Below are positions 36,120-47,781 of a stretch of 64,000 nt of DNA, piece by piece. The DNA is from Puccinia triticina. Its lineage: Eukaryota. Under the pieces are notes generated by a model. It did no database searches and was not told the origin of the DNA. It saw nothing but the letters and a program-made list of their open reading frames with translations. A program made the position numbers and the translations under genes. Position 1 is the first letter of the stretch. Each line of letters starts with the position of its first letter. The DNA lies in NCBI GenBank assembly GCA_026914245.1, contig CP110439.1, forward strand, positions 7,750,001 through 7,814,000, given 5' to 3'.

Positions 36120-37154
36120 GTGCGAGCGTGCGGGTGGGTGGCTGGGGGTGGGGGTGGTTGGTGGGGTGGTGGTTGGTGGCGGGAGTGCTGGAGTGCGGGC
36201 AGCGGACACAGCCAGCAGGGGGTGGGCCAGTCCCCCCGAGAACCCCCCGAACACACCCCCCCGCCCCATTTCAAATCTCGATCACACAAACTCAGCCCAC
36301 ACGAATCTGCTAGCTTAACACAAGCCCCTCGTTTCAGAGGGAGGCGGGTGAAACACCGCCGGGCGCCTCTCGCGGAGCGAGCCTCTGAAAGAGGGGCTTG
36401 TGGGGTATCCCTGACTTTTGGCGTGAGCGGTTTTCAAATTTAGGTGGGAGGAATTTGCCTCCGCTTGTTCCCTATCTTGCAGAGGGAATTTCCCGAGGCC
36501 TGTTACACCAATTGAAAGGCCTACATCCGGCCCTTCCCATGCCCAAGCATGGATAAAACTCAGCAAACCATCCGGTGGCTATGGCCCTTTGAAGTTTTAC
36601 ATTTTTGAGACGAGTGACCGGCAGATTGTTCAGGGCTTGCACTGTATGAAGCCCGCCAGTCGGATGCATTCCATCCTTGCATAAATAGCTGTACCCTACC
36701 TGTACGGCTCCTATTTCCATATCATGGCCTTGCTGGGCCTCATCACAGTCATAAAGGCATCGGGACCTCTGGGAACTGGATACGAGATAGCCCTATCAAA
36801 CCAAATCACATTCACCGGAGGTCATTGGGTCCTCTTTGAACTAGATAGCAGCTTAATCACTGTCTCAAGGCCTTCGGAACCTTTTGGAAAAGGATGGATC
36901 CATGTGTATCTATCCAAAACAGTCCATGCACGTACCGGGACATCTCGCTTCTAGGTGCCACTGCCTATGGAGCTTAGCCAATCCAAGGGATCAGATTGGG
37001 TGATTTGATGAGTATAAAGCAAGGGTCTCTCGCCCGATCCAGCAATTCCCCAGGCTCTTCTGTCCATTAGTCCATCCATTAGTTCCGAAATACTTTGAGA
37101 TAAATATTTTGCTTATAACTTCCCAATAACCTCAATAATCACTCTAAATTTAAA

Positions 37155-39937
37155 ATGGAGCAAATCAGTGTTGACCAGAAAGTTCTCAACATCTGCCAAG
37201 AATTGCGAGCTCCGCCTACGGTGTTGACTCCGAAGCAATTCATCCAACGCTTCCTCACAAGTAGCAACTCTGATATAGCCTACTTGCGTCGATTTTGGGC
37301 GGCTCCCAGTGGAATAGAGTCCACTATGAGTCTCATTGCATCTTTACGCCATGAAATCAATAGGACGGATTCAGGGCGGCAGGCTTGGTATGATTTTATT
37401 CTGGAAGAGGTACGCTCATTTCCTGTTGGGCTCCCATTATGTCCCTTTTAGTGATTCCTGTCCTTGTTCCTCAGGCCATCAACATCACGGCCACTCAGAT
37501 CCCACCTACTGGGAACTACCCCGCTGGTCGTTTTCACATGAGTTCAACAACGGTTAAGCAGGGTTTCTTCACCGCTGAAACACAGGCCATACATGATGGT
37601 GTGCTCACCGAGCTAGACATGCCTTTTGTGTTTGATCTAATGATGGGCATGCTGAATGCCCAACCTCCCAAGAATGCTGATCAGCAGGAGGAGAGTGGTG
37701 TACCTGCTTCTGCTGAAGTTATCACCAACGACCTTGCTTCCCCTGATGTTCTATCCGGGATCTCTTACACCCAAGTGGCCCATGCACAGGATCGCTTTCA
37801 ACAGCGGGCGCATAGAGTAGGTGGTTAGGGAAATCATGTTTGCATGTACATCTGACTGATTGATTTGCTCTTTTGTACGGTGTTAGGTCTCAACTACAAT
37901 TTGTGCAATGCTTGCTTTTACCCGGAACAGGCGTCACAACGCCCTTCAGCTCAATAACTCAGTCCGGTTCTTTGCTTGTGGAGTTTCAGAACGGGTGCAC
38001 GAATATTTAAACTACCTTGGACTTGCGTCATCAAGAAGCACGGCCATGTCGGCCTTGAAAACCTTATCAAACGAAGGCGAAAAAGCTATCAGGTCAGCCA
38101 TGCGAACAGTACCAGGTGTACCGCTGGCGCCAACTATTTGCATAGACAACATTGATATGGAGGAACGAATCCATCAGCAGTCTATTGGCAACCGCTCCCA
38201 CACTTGGCGCGGTACCTGGGGCTATGTTCATCTGCCTAACAAGGAACTCCTGGCGAAGTTGGATTTGCCCAACATGGAATTAAGCTTTTTCCATGAGGCC
38301 ATGCGGTCTGTTGAAGATTTGGTAATAGAACCTTACATGTTTCTTCCGTCGGCATCAGAGCAAAGATACGAGGTATCTGTTTATAAGAGTCAGATTGCCA
38401 AGGTTCTTTACGAGTACCTAGCAATTCCTGAAGATCCGAAATCCGCAATCGCCACCAGGCCTTCTCCGCTGGAGCCAATCAGCGCCAAGCGCCCGGATCT
38501 TCTGATGTTGAAGCTAATGGACGCTTCTGACAACTCCGCCAAAGGGATTGGCCAGGTGTTCCAGTCTATTATCAACCAAACAGGCCTCTCAAAAGAGGAT
38601 TTCTTTGGTCGCTTGCAACCAATGGATGGAGATTTGGGGACTGTGCAAAACTTTAACTGCTTGCGATCCCAGCGACTACCAAGTTCGGTTCCTCAAAATC
38701 GAATGAACAATGTTCATTTCCAGCTTGGGGCTTCGCATACCCTGTGGAACATTGCCTCCAAAATCTTCAGTCATCACTTTGGCAACCCGAATGACATGAA
38801 TAACTGTGGTGCCTGGCAGCACTTGGAATCCCTGGGATTCCCCTCCGAGAAAGCTATACAAAAGAAGGATTTCAGTTTGATGATCAATCAGATGGAGCGA
38901 GTTTTTGAGGCTGTGGTTTATTATTGTCTGAGGCAAGTTGATCCTTTGCTGACTGACTATCTAGTTCAGCGGATGACTGACCTCACTTGTTTTTTATTCA
39001 TCAAGAGTCATCATGAAGACTAATACCAACGATACCAATCACACCCGAACAAAAATTCCCACTGAGCGTTGGAACCAAATTGTGGAGGTCTGCTATGAAA
39101 ACTATTTTTCTACTCGAGCTCGGAATGCGGCGGCCCACCCAAAGGCTAGCCCAAAGCTAAGCAATACCTTAGTTTTGCTGCACGATTTCTCTACGGTTGT
39201 TGAAGCTAAGCAATCGATGAAAGCTGGAGAAATTGGTCGCTTACTGTTGATTTGGAAGAAATGGTCCATCATGGCCCAAGCGCTGAAGGGAATAACAAAC
39301 TACTCATCCTATCTCCCCCGGATGGTTTTGATGCTCACAGTGATACTGCCCCCCCCCCCTTGAGGATCTATATGAAACACAGCCTACTCATATCTCCGAC
39401 TGGCCGAGAAGATCACTTTGTGGCCAAGGACTTTTGGCTTGAAATCCAGAATTACTGGATCAAATTTTTTTATAACAATAATGGCATGGGCACCCAAATT
39501 GACCGCCTGCGCAATGTCTTTTCAGTTAATATATTCTTGGTATGTTCATCTTGATAGGTTCTGCAAAGGCAGCCACACATTGACATTGATTTATTTAGTT
39601 GCAGCGCATGTTCCAATCCCTCAAACATGACTGCGGGGCCAAAATTATACACCAGTCACACCATAACAATCTCCCTCCTCGATCCCTGGAGATGTTCACT
39701 CTTCTTGGGAACAACCTAGACCTTCTGGCTCAATACACACCAAACAGCGCGGGAGAAATAGTAGATAATGTATACCGACTTGGTATCAAGAAGTTGAAAA
39801 CCCAAATTATTAATGATGGAGATCTGAAAAAGTTCAAGAAGCACATATTTTCTGAGCATCATAAATCTTCAGCATTGGGGCCCAGCGATACTCAAGAAAG
39901 TTCGGAATCAGGTGAATCTGGCTCAGAAAATATGTAG
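37155..39937 (+). CDS. DUF6589-like protein, putative DDE transposase (5 exons; frameshift at a C11 run)
   Basis: Exons ~37155-37409, 37475-37816, 37887-38932 (GC donor), 39006-39539, 39599-39937. Motifs IDNID, MDGDLGT, LGASH, KDFWLE.QN. Frame break at 39349-39359. The family name is recalled from motifs, not from a search. Confidence 0.7.
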
Positions 39938-42236
39938 AAGCTCATGAGCCTTGCAGAATCTACAAATCCACTTGTATATAGGTTGTAAATAGTCAAACTT
40001 ACTATTCATCTCGCTTTGTGCATTTTTTGCGTCCAACATTATTTGTGCCACTTGATTTCTCCTTCTCTTGGCCGCAATTTCCATCTGGTGCTTTGCCTCT
40101 TTTCTTGCAAGTGATCGTATCCGCGCTTGCTCTGCCGCCAAAGCCTTCTTGGTAGGTTGCCGTGGCGCTGCTCCGAGGCCAAGGGCCTGATGAGAATTGA
40201 TACTTTTAGGTTTTTGAGTAATCCCAGCGGTCCTACGCTTCTTAGAACCCGGCCCAATTTTTGAGAGTGTTTCGCCAGCTGCCGGTGCCGAAGCTTTGAA
40301 TCGGGTTATCCACTCAAAGATCCAGTCACATTGGCCCAAAAAGCAGTTACCACCTATAACTTGCGGGAGATCCTTGGCAGATTTGATATAATCCAACGAA
40401 GAAAGTATTGCTTTACTATCCTCTTCATCAAAAAGGTATGATCCATCCACATTGTCACCTGATGAGATCACCGTGTTGTAATGCTGATGCAACTCGCCAA
40501 CTAGCCGAGAAGAGAATTGTGAGATTTCAAATTCATCGGCTTCGGTGAATTTCCTCTTCTTTATTGAAGAAGATTTCTGAGGATACTTGTGCTTCACATT
40601 GTAGACTTTAGTTGACGTAAAAGTTCCATCCAAAATGCTGTCGAAGTTTGATTGGCTGGCGAAATTGAGATGTTCCATGAGTTGGATGGCCTCCGCAGGC
40701 GCACAATTTGAACATCGACAAATTAACATTCCAGCGACGTGTTCACGTTGAACTTCCTGGATATAATTTGGATCGTCGGCCCAAAGTGGAACATAGCCAT
40801 ATCTGGAGGTGTAGCTGACAGTTAGATATGCGTAAGACTAGGACACCAAAAGCAGTAACTAACTTGTTATCCATTGCGTATGCTACCCGGAGGCAGAGGG
40901 GTGTGATCGCCATTGCGTCCATCCGATCCAAGTCGTTTTGAGGAGCATCTCGTACAAATTGATCAAGCCGATTCTTGCCACCTCGCCGTGTTTTTTCCAC
41001 AAACATGACTGCCAAGCCAGATTTCCCATCCCTCCCGCACCTGCCTATCATCTGGCAGATGGAGGCTGGATCACCACGGCCCATGTGAGCAACCATTCGG
41101 ACTCGTTTCCAATTTTGTCCAAGGCCAAGGGCCATTGTGCAAGATATGACCGGATAGAATCCTTTTGAAAAGTCTTCAACAGTTGTGACTTTATCCTCGT
41201 CTCCAGTACACGAGTGGAATCTTCGAGCACAAAGGCTGTTTGGGATAAACGCGCCACCAGGAGTCTCACGGGCGCGGTCAATGGCTTCCAAAACGGACAA
41301 AGTTCTGTTTTGGGAGCCACTGTAGACCAAGCTTGGAACCATATCGGCATTTGTGACGTCCTTGTGCGACAGGAACAATTTGATAACATCTAGAGATGAA
41401 GCCAGTGACTTTTCCATTGGGACTCGGATCATGCGGATCTCTGGTCGAGTCAATTCACCATGTAAGGTAGTAAGATTTTTGTCGGTGAGCTTGAGGCTCT
41501 TCTTGATGGCCTCAACCGCAACAGGCCGGCAAGTCGCCGAAAGTAACAATATTGGCTGGTCGTTGCGAAAGAGAAGTTGTGCACCTAATTTTCCGTATGA
41601 TGGCCGGAATATGCCGGAGTCCTCGTGGCGAAAGTGCGCTGAAGTGATATGCTTAGCTGTAGAGCTCTCAACCAGGCCCCATATGTAGATCATATGAGCC
41701 TCGTCAACCACGACCAAGGCTAGGTGGTTCTGAAATTCCGAGCTGAAATATAACTTTTCAAACATCTTGTTATTGAGGAAGATCTCCGGGCTTAGGTAAA
41801 CGAATTGATATAGCCCTTGTTGAATCTCCTCAGAAGTCTTGGCGTTGAACGTAAGCTTGGTGAGATTGATAGCCGTGAAGCCCGCTTGCTGCTTCTCAAG
41901 AACCTGATTGTCGCCTAGCGAATCCAATGGGTTCAAAACCAATACGACCGCTTTCGTTGTACTGGGTATCATCTTGTAGTAAAGTTCGGGGATTCGAGAC
42001 TTCCCAAAGCCGGTTCCAGCCAGGAGAAAGGTATTGCGGCCTTCTATCAAGTTTAGCACGGCTTCCACTTGCAACTGCTTTGCAAACTGGCCGTAAAAGT
42101 CGATCGAAGTTTTGGAAACATGTTCACGGAGTTTTTCACTGCTCTTGTTGAATAGCTTCTTGTAGATGTTGACACCTGTTTGCGACAGGATCCTTTGTGG
42201 GGTTGGGACTGCTGACGGTGGAATTATTGTAGCCAT
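39923..42236 (-). CDS. RecQ-like SF2 DEAH helicase (intron 40863-40803; possible further intron from 40002)
   Basis: Motif I AGTGFGKS, VYLSPE, II DEAH, III SAT, V TMALGLG, VI QMIGRCGRDG. RQC-like Cys cluster CLR...CRCSNC and a basic C-terminal tail. Confidence 0.9.
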
Positions 42237-42972
42237 CGATCAATCTTGTCAGTTGAGGAAATGGGAGCAGCTCACTGGACTCGTGTCCTGCAATCTCAAG
42301 TAAGTACTCAATCCGATATAACATGATGATAATTATACATAACAGCAAAATATTATGGAATGAATTGCGGCCGTCAATGATCTGAAAAAAAAAACTGATG
42401 GGCTGTATCTTTCAGAGTACAGCTCCATGTGGATTCCCATTCCTTCCTGCTCCGAGCTGAGCTCCAGCTTTCAATTCTCAGGAAAGTGATATTTTTCTAA
42501 AGAATGTTTAATAAAAAAAATACCAGCAGGAAGGCAAGATGCCCGCCTGCTGGGAAATGTGCATCTCATCCAAGGGGGAGCTCAGATGAAGACGCCATCC
42601 ACAGTTGAAGTGAATATTACCCAAAATACAGCGAAAATGGGAAATCTCTCACCCCAGGACGGGCACTTAAGTTGCAAGCCCCTCTTCCAGAGGCTCGCTT
42701 CGCGAGGCGCCCCCGGCGCGCCGGTCCCCCGGCCCCTGGAACGAGGGGATTGTGTTAGGCTAGACGAATCTGGCCTCACTGCTGGCCGCAGCCTGTCTGC
42801 ATCCACACATGCCTCATCGAGCACACCGGGCACAACACACTCGGCCTCCCTCAAACGCGCGCATCTCGTGGGGAACAAGCGGCATTGCAGACACAGAGCA
42901 ATCTGGGACAACAGTGGGACAGATGGGATGGAGAGCATGTGTGTGGTGATACAATCGGGCGAGGGAAAAGGG

Positions 42973-44014
42973 CTACTTCTTCTTGGCCGCCTGTTCGCGC
43001 TCCTCTTCTTCGAGCCGTTTCCGCAGCAGCTTTGCGCCGACCTGATCCACCAAAAAAGGAGGGAGATCAGTGGTGAGAACGAAGGAGGAGGAGGTAAGGG
43101 CTGTCCGGCTCACGTTGCGGATGTTTTGCTCGGCCCGCTCGACACCCAGCTGGCGGGCGCGGGTGTATTCAGCCAGGGCATCCGCGAGATGGTCGTCTGG
43201 GGGTGGGGGGGGTCAGGAGCAGAGCGGGTCAGAGCGGGTCCAAGTGGGGCGGATGGAGGGCGACTGAACTGGCTTCGTTGACCGCGCCGAGGTTGAAGCA
43301 GATCTCGCCGTCGGTCGGGTCGAGCTCGACGGCCTTCTTGAGGTGCTCGAGCGCCTTGAACGGCTCCGGCGGCTTCGAGAGGATGTATGCCGAGGCCAGG
43401 TTGGTGTGCACGTCCGCCGAGGGCCCGTCTGCCAGGGACTCCTGCCACGCCTCGATCGCCTCCGGGATCCGCTTCAGCTGGTAGAGCGCTATGCCCAGGT
43501 TGTAGTATCCCGTCGAGCTCGGCGCCATCGCAATACTCCTGCATCGATCACCCCAGGCTCAGTCTCCCTCAGTCTCCTGGCAGGAGGGGCCTCTGTGATG
43601 CTCTCACTCTTCGTATTTTTCCAGCGCGCCCTCGAGATCTCCCTTCTCCAACAAACGGGAGCCGTCCTCGATCAGGTTCCGACTCTGGTGGCCGACCGGC
43701 TCGACCGAGCTAGCCGGGGTCTTGGTCGGATTGGCATACCCACCTGCAGCCAGCGATTCCATGCGGAGAGGATCGTCAGCAAGCTCTGCCGACCCGGACG
43801 AGCAACAGAAACCGCACCGACTGGGCGCCGAGGACGACAGACTCCTTGTGCCGGGCGGCGGCCTGTCCCGGCGAGCATGGAGGGGTGCACAGTCGTCGGA
43901 GCGGGGCGAGAGCCGGAGGGCGGAGAGTCGACAGGGCATCCCGATCCGGGCACCGGCGGCCTTCGCGGCTGAGCTGGCGATCCTCTTCAGGGACGGGCGA
44001 GCGAAAATCGGCAT
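42973..44014 (-). CDS. TPR-repeat protein (4 exons: 44014-43608, 43538-43270, 43196-43114, 43041-42973)
   Basis: TPR motifs YYNLGIALY...EAIEAWQESL, HTNLASAY...KKAVELDP, CFNLGAV. Arg/Ser-rich N-terminus may be a mitochondrial presequence. Introns are GT-AG. Confidence 0.85.
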
Positions 44015-44439
44015 GGTGGTCGATCTCGAAAGTCTCCAAGGCGCCCCCGGGGTCAGAACCCCAGGCCTCAGCGGGCCCCGGTGGGCGGGGAGCCCACCTG
44101 GTGGTTTCACCCCGAAGCCCCGCAGAATACAAACATCAACTGAATACCGGGTCTTGCACTGCTATCGGTGCTGAACTACAAACAACACTGATGGATCAAT
44201 GGTTGGGGACACTCAAGAAGCTGTCCACATGCAAGGTGGCCAAGGTTGAAATCATAACATTTTCAATTGAAACTCCCTATTCCACTGATCCTGCACGAGG
44301 TGCAATTTTTGGGCTGTGCCAATGAGCCCGATACAGGGGGGACCGCTGCCCAAGAATTACACCAAATGCACAACCGGTGTATTTAAGGAGTTCAATAATT
44401 GTTACCCAATCTGGGTCACTGTGGTCAGCTTTTATTTAA

Positions 44440-44648
44440 GGGCCTGTACCATGGGCCTCAATTTTGAAAAATTTAAACTTTTTTTGCCCTGTACACAAAA
44501 ACTGAAAACCAGCAGAGGGTTCAAATGTTGCAATTCTTCACATTTGGGCTCAAGCCTACATTTTGGCCAGGCTCAGTTTTTGTCACAAGACATTTTGAGG
44601 CAAATAAATTTGGAAAATTTCAATTTTCATGCCCTATGGTACAGGCCC
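44440..44648. mobile_element. Tourist-like MITE (209 bp)
   Basis: TIR GGGCCTGTACCAT; TAA on both sides (44437-44439, 44649-44651). Confidence 0.85.
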
Positions 44649-44973
44649 TAACTTAACTAAGTCCCTCTATTGGAGGGGGGACGCCGTCCGGCAGTCCGTC
44701 CTTCGGAGGTCGCTTCGCTCCCCCAAGGAGGAGGGAATTAGCTAAGTTTGGCTTTTATACGGAGCGAGTTAAAAACTTCCTTCCAACGACTTTAGAAAGC
44801 ACGCCTTTCTTCTAGATTAAGGCTGCCAAGAACGTCGCGCCGACATCTGAAGTCAGCCGGTTCCTGAGGGGGATATTCATTGGTGCGACATTTCGCCGAT
44901 GCCGAGAGCACGGCCACCACCATGAGCTGTCGATTGTGGTTCCGATCTGCACGGGTCACTCAGCCCTCTGCCT

Positions 44974-45595
44974 GTCCACTTCAGCTTTAAGGCGCACGCC
45001 ACCCAGCACTGCCCGAAGAAAGTGTCTGGGGAGTCAACAATTTTGCGGAGACCTGTTGTGTAAACTGCGCACTTGAAACCCACGGGGTGTTTGATAGCGC
45101 GCAAAGAAGACTGGAGCCGTCTGGCCAATCCGAGGCGGGTGTTTGGGTCGTCCGGGATATCGGCGAGCCACATTGGCCGTCGAGTGCCGTCGGTCAGGCT
45201 TGTCTGGCTGGGTAGGAGGTCGAGGAGCTGCGCGCTGAGAGTATCTCCTTCTGTTCTCCACCATCCGGTACACCAGCGACGGTTCCAGCTGGTATACCGG
45301 ATGGCGGAGAACAGAAGAAGATACTCTCGGCGCCCAGCTCCTCGGCCTACGCACCCACATCCTGCCCGGCCAGCCGAGCCCGACCTCGACGGCCAATGTG
45401 GCTCGCCGATATCCCGGACGACCCAAACACCCGCCTCGGATTGGCCAGACGGCTCCAGTCTTCTTTGCGCGCTATCAAACACCCCGTGGGTTTCAAGTGC
45501 GCAGTTTACACAACAGGTCTCCGCAAAATTGTTGACTCCCCAGACGCTTTCTTCGGGGAGTCCTGGCCGGCGTGCGCCTTAAAGCTGAAGTGGAC
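44974..45595. repeat. Long inverted repeat (palindrome) of ~620 bp with a 10-nt loop
   Basis: Arms ~44974-45277 and ~45288-45595 are reverse complements, with one mismatched patch (~45185-45220 vs ~45345-45384). Confidence 0.92.
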
Positions 45596-46997
45596 CGGGA
45601 GAGAGATGAGGAGAGAGTCTGTGTCGAGGTGGAAAAAGTGGAAGAGCGATTTAAAGGCAAGTGGCACGTCTTTCAAGGGATTGCCGCGGATGAGCTGCCG
45701 AGAAGCTCCAGTGCGATAGAAGGAGAGAGTGAGGAGATGGGGAAGGCGGATGCACCCGGGCAAGAGAGGGCCTTACATATTGGTCGGCAGCAGCGGAGCT
45801 CAGCAGCTGCGTCAATGGTTGGCCAGGAATGTGCTCAGCATCCAAGCTGCTCTCAGGTGGACGCACCCCAAGCCTCCAGCTCTGTGGCTCAGCCTTGTCC
45901 GTTCTCCCCAAGTCTCAAGACAAAGCTGCCGCGCAACATCGGTATTAGTCAGACGGCAGCCCTGCCATGCTCAGCGGGAGCTTTTGCCCTCCATCGTCCA
46001 ACAATCTTCCAATCAAGTCTTTGGAAGCTCGTTCCAACGATCAGGTATCTCTTGGATGGGTTAAATTACAAAGAAATTTGGCTTCTAAACCACTATGGCC
46101 AAGTTCGACCCAAGTAACACCAGACAAATTGATACTGAGATGAATAATCGTACAAAACATACTCCTTGTCAGTTGGAACAAAGTGTAAACCGTTCAGACG
46201 ATCGGTTGCTCTCAAGGGCATGAGTGGAAAAAAGATCCTCACAAAAAAACTGCAACTTATGTAGTCTAAACGAAATCCAGCATATGATCAATATGGTTCC
46301 ACCAATCAGACAGACAGAATAATCACCCCATGATCCTGTTTGGGTAGCACATATTTTTTCAGCTTAGAAGTTTATGATTTTATGCAAGTCAACTTAGCAC
46401 CCTAACTGAAAAAAACTTCATGTTCCTTCATTTCCAACCATTCTGAGGTATTGCAATAAGTTGGAAATTTTGTATAATTTTATGAAAAGGTTCAGTGTAT
46501 TAAATTTCCCAACTTGAATGGGGCTAATCACACTTTCCCTTGCCATGATCATCCTCCTTCCTCAGAATCTTCTTTCCCTTGTCTGCCCAACTCTTGATAG
46601 ATCCTCCAACTCCATCAAACTTCTCATCACCCAAGCTCCCAATCTCCAACCCCTCCATTTGATCCTCTTTGTCTCCAATCCCACCCCACTTACTGTCAGC
46701 TGCTTAGCACACTTCATCAGCTTGTATGTCCGACTCGGTGCACAGCAATTCTCAGTTTAATGATCTCCCCCACACGTCACCAACATCACCTCATTCAAAT
46801 TTAATCAAGTTCTGGCGACGAGATCCTTTAATGATTCTAACTCAAAGCAAAAGGTGTTCCTATCTGTGGCTAGTAAACAAAAGACAGACTATGTACATCT
46901 TCTTTCTTTAAGAGTAAGATTTTATTCAGGTCTTCCGAAAAATATATAACATAAATAAATTAACATCACGATCTGCATCTTGCCCAATCGCAGAGCT

Positions 46998-47781
46998 TCA
47001 AAATTTGGAGTTGGCTGTTAATTTGCACTCGTTGCATGCTGGAGTTAAATGGATCAAACGGCCAAAAGCAAATCAGCTAAGCCTGTTCGTCCATGATGAA
47101 TAAATCAAAAGGAATTATCATGATTTACCAATGCTGAATAAAATTTCTTCGTCGCATTGGTATGTCTGACCTGTGCCCGCATTCTTACAGTCTTAATAAG
47201 CGGGCCCAGCGCAAGAGAATAGCCGTCAGCATCGTTGGCCTCTGAATTCCACCATTCTGAATGATACGAAAAAGGGGTGTGGAAGGAAACTTACCCAAGT
47301 GGTCGTCTTTCTTCACATATTCCTGGCATAGGAGGGCACCCACATTTGTGTCGTCCGTCTCACCCTTGAGGGTAGTTTGATTCAGATATCGGTAGCAATT
47401 ACTAGCCCCGCCGTACGGCACTGCGTTGACAAGAGCACAAAACACGAGGGGCGCCTTCATATGAATTGGAAAGCCCATACCCTATAAATGAAAAAAAAAA
47501 ATGAAAGCTTACCCGGGGTGTCGCAAGTCTTACACGAGTAGGTCGTGTTAGGATTCGTCATGCATTCTATTTGTTGAGATGATCCGACAGATCAATCACA
47601 TGGAGAATGCAATTCCAGCTGGAAATTGATGCAGCTTACGAAATAATTTTGGGGTGCTCTGAGTGCTCCTCCAGCTCTGGGTGCAATATTGCGTGTTTGG
47701 AGGCTCGATCGGTGCCTCCTTTCCGAGCGCCAAACCATGCAAGAGGCAGACAAAGAGAAGAAATGATACTATCTTTTGCAT
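46998..47781 (-). CDS. Small secreted Cys-rich protein, candidate effector (~141 aa, 5 exons)
   Basis: Signal peptide MQKIVSFLLFVCLLHGLALG. Exons 47781-47640, 47566-47513, 47420-47295, 47191-47129, 47038-46998 splice in frame. Ten Cys in the mature part; YSC and YQC motifs. Confidence 0.8.

Larger units (their letters stand above)
36310..42763. mobile_element. Putative two-gene DNA transposon (6454 bp): DUF6589-like transposase plus RecQ-like helicase
   Basis: TIR CTAGC(T/C)TAACACAA(G/T)CCCCTCGTT, extending imperfectly to ~90 bp. Exact 9-bp TSD ACGAATCTG at 36301-36309 and 42764-42772. Two convergent genes inside. Confidence 0.88.

Noticed and set aside
36310..36318. CTAG or TTAA as the TSD of the helicase element (Kolobok/piggyBac-like reading)
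   Set aside because: The exact 9-bp direct repeat ACGAATCTG lies immediately outside CTAG at both ends, so CTAG belongs to the TIR. TTAA is not matched on the right (TTAG).
34464..36443. Many long overlapping plus-strand and alternate-frame ORFs
   Set aside because: Shadow ORFs of the very GC-rich Tos4-like gene. The same applies around the TPR gene at 43-44 kb.
39923..42236. Host SGS1/RecQ orthologue
   Set aside because: No long N-terminal region or recognisable HRDC domain, and it is enclosed by TIRs and a TSD, so no gene symbol was given.
44877..46117. ORFs across and beside the palindrome as genes
   Set aside because: Mirror-image peptides arise from the inverted repeat, and no motifs were recognised.
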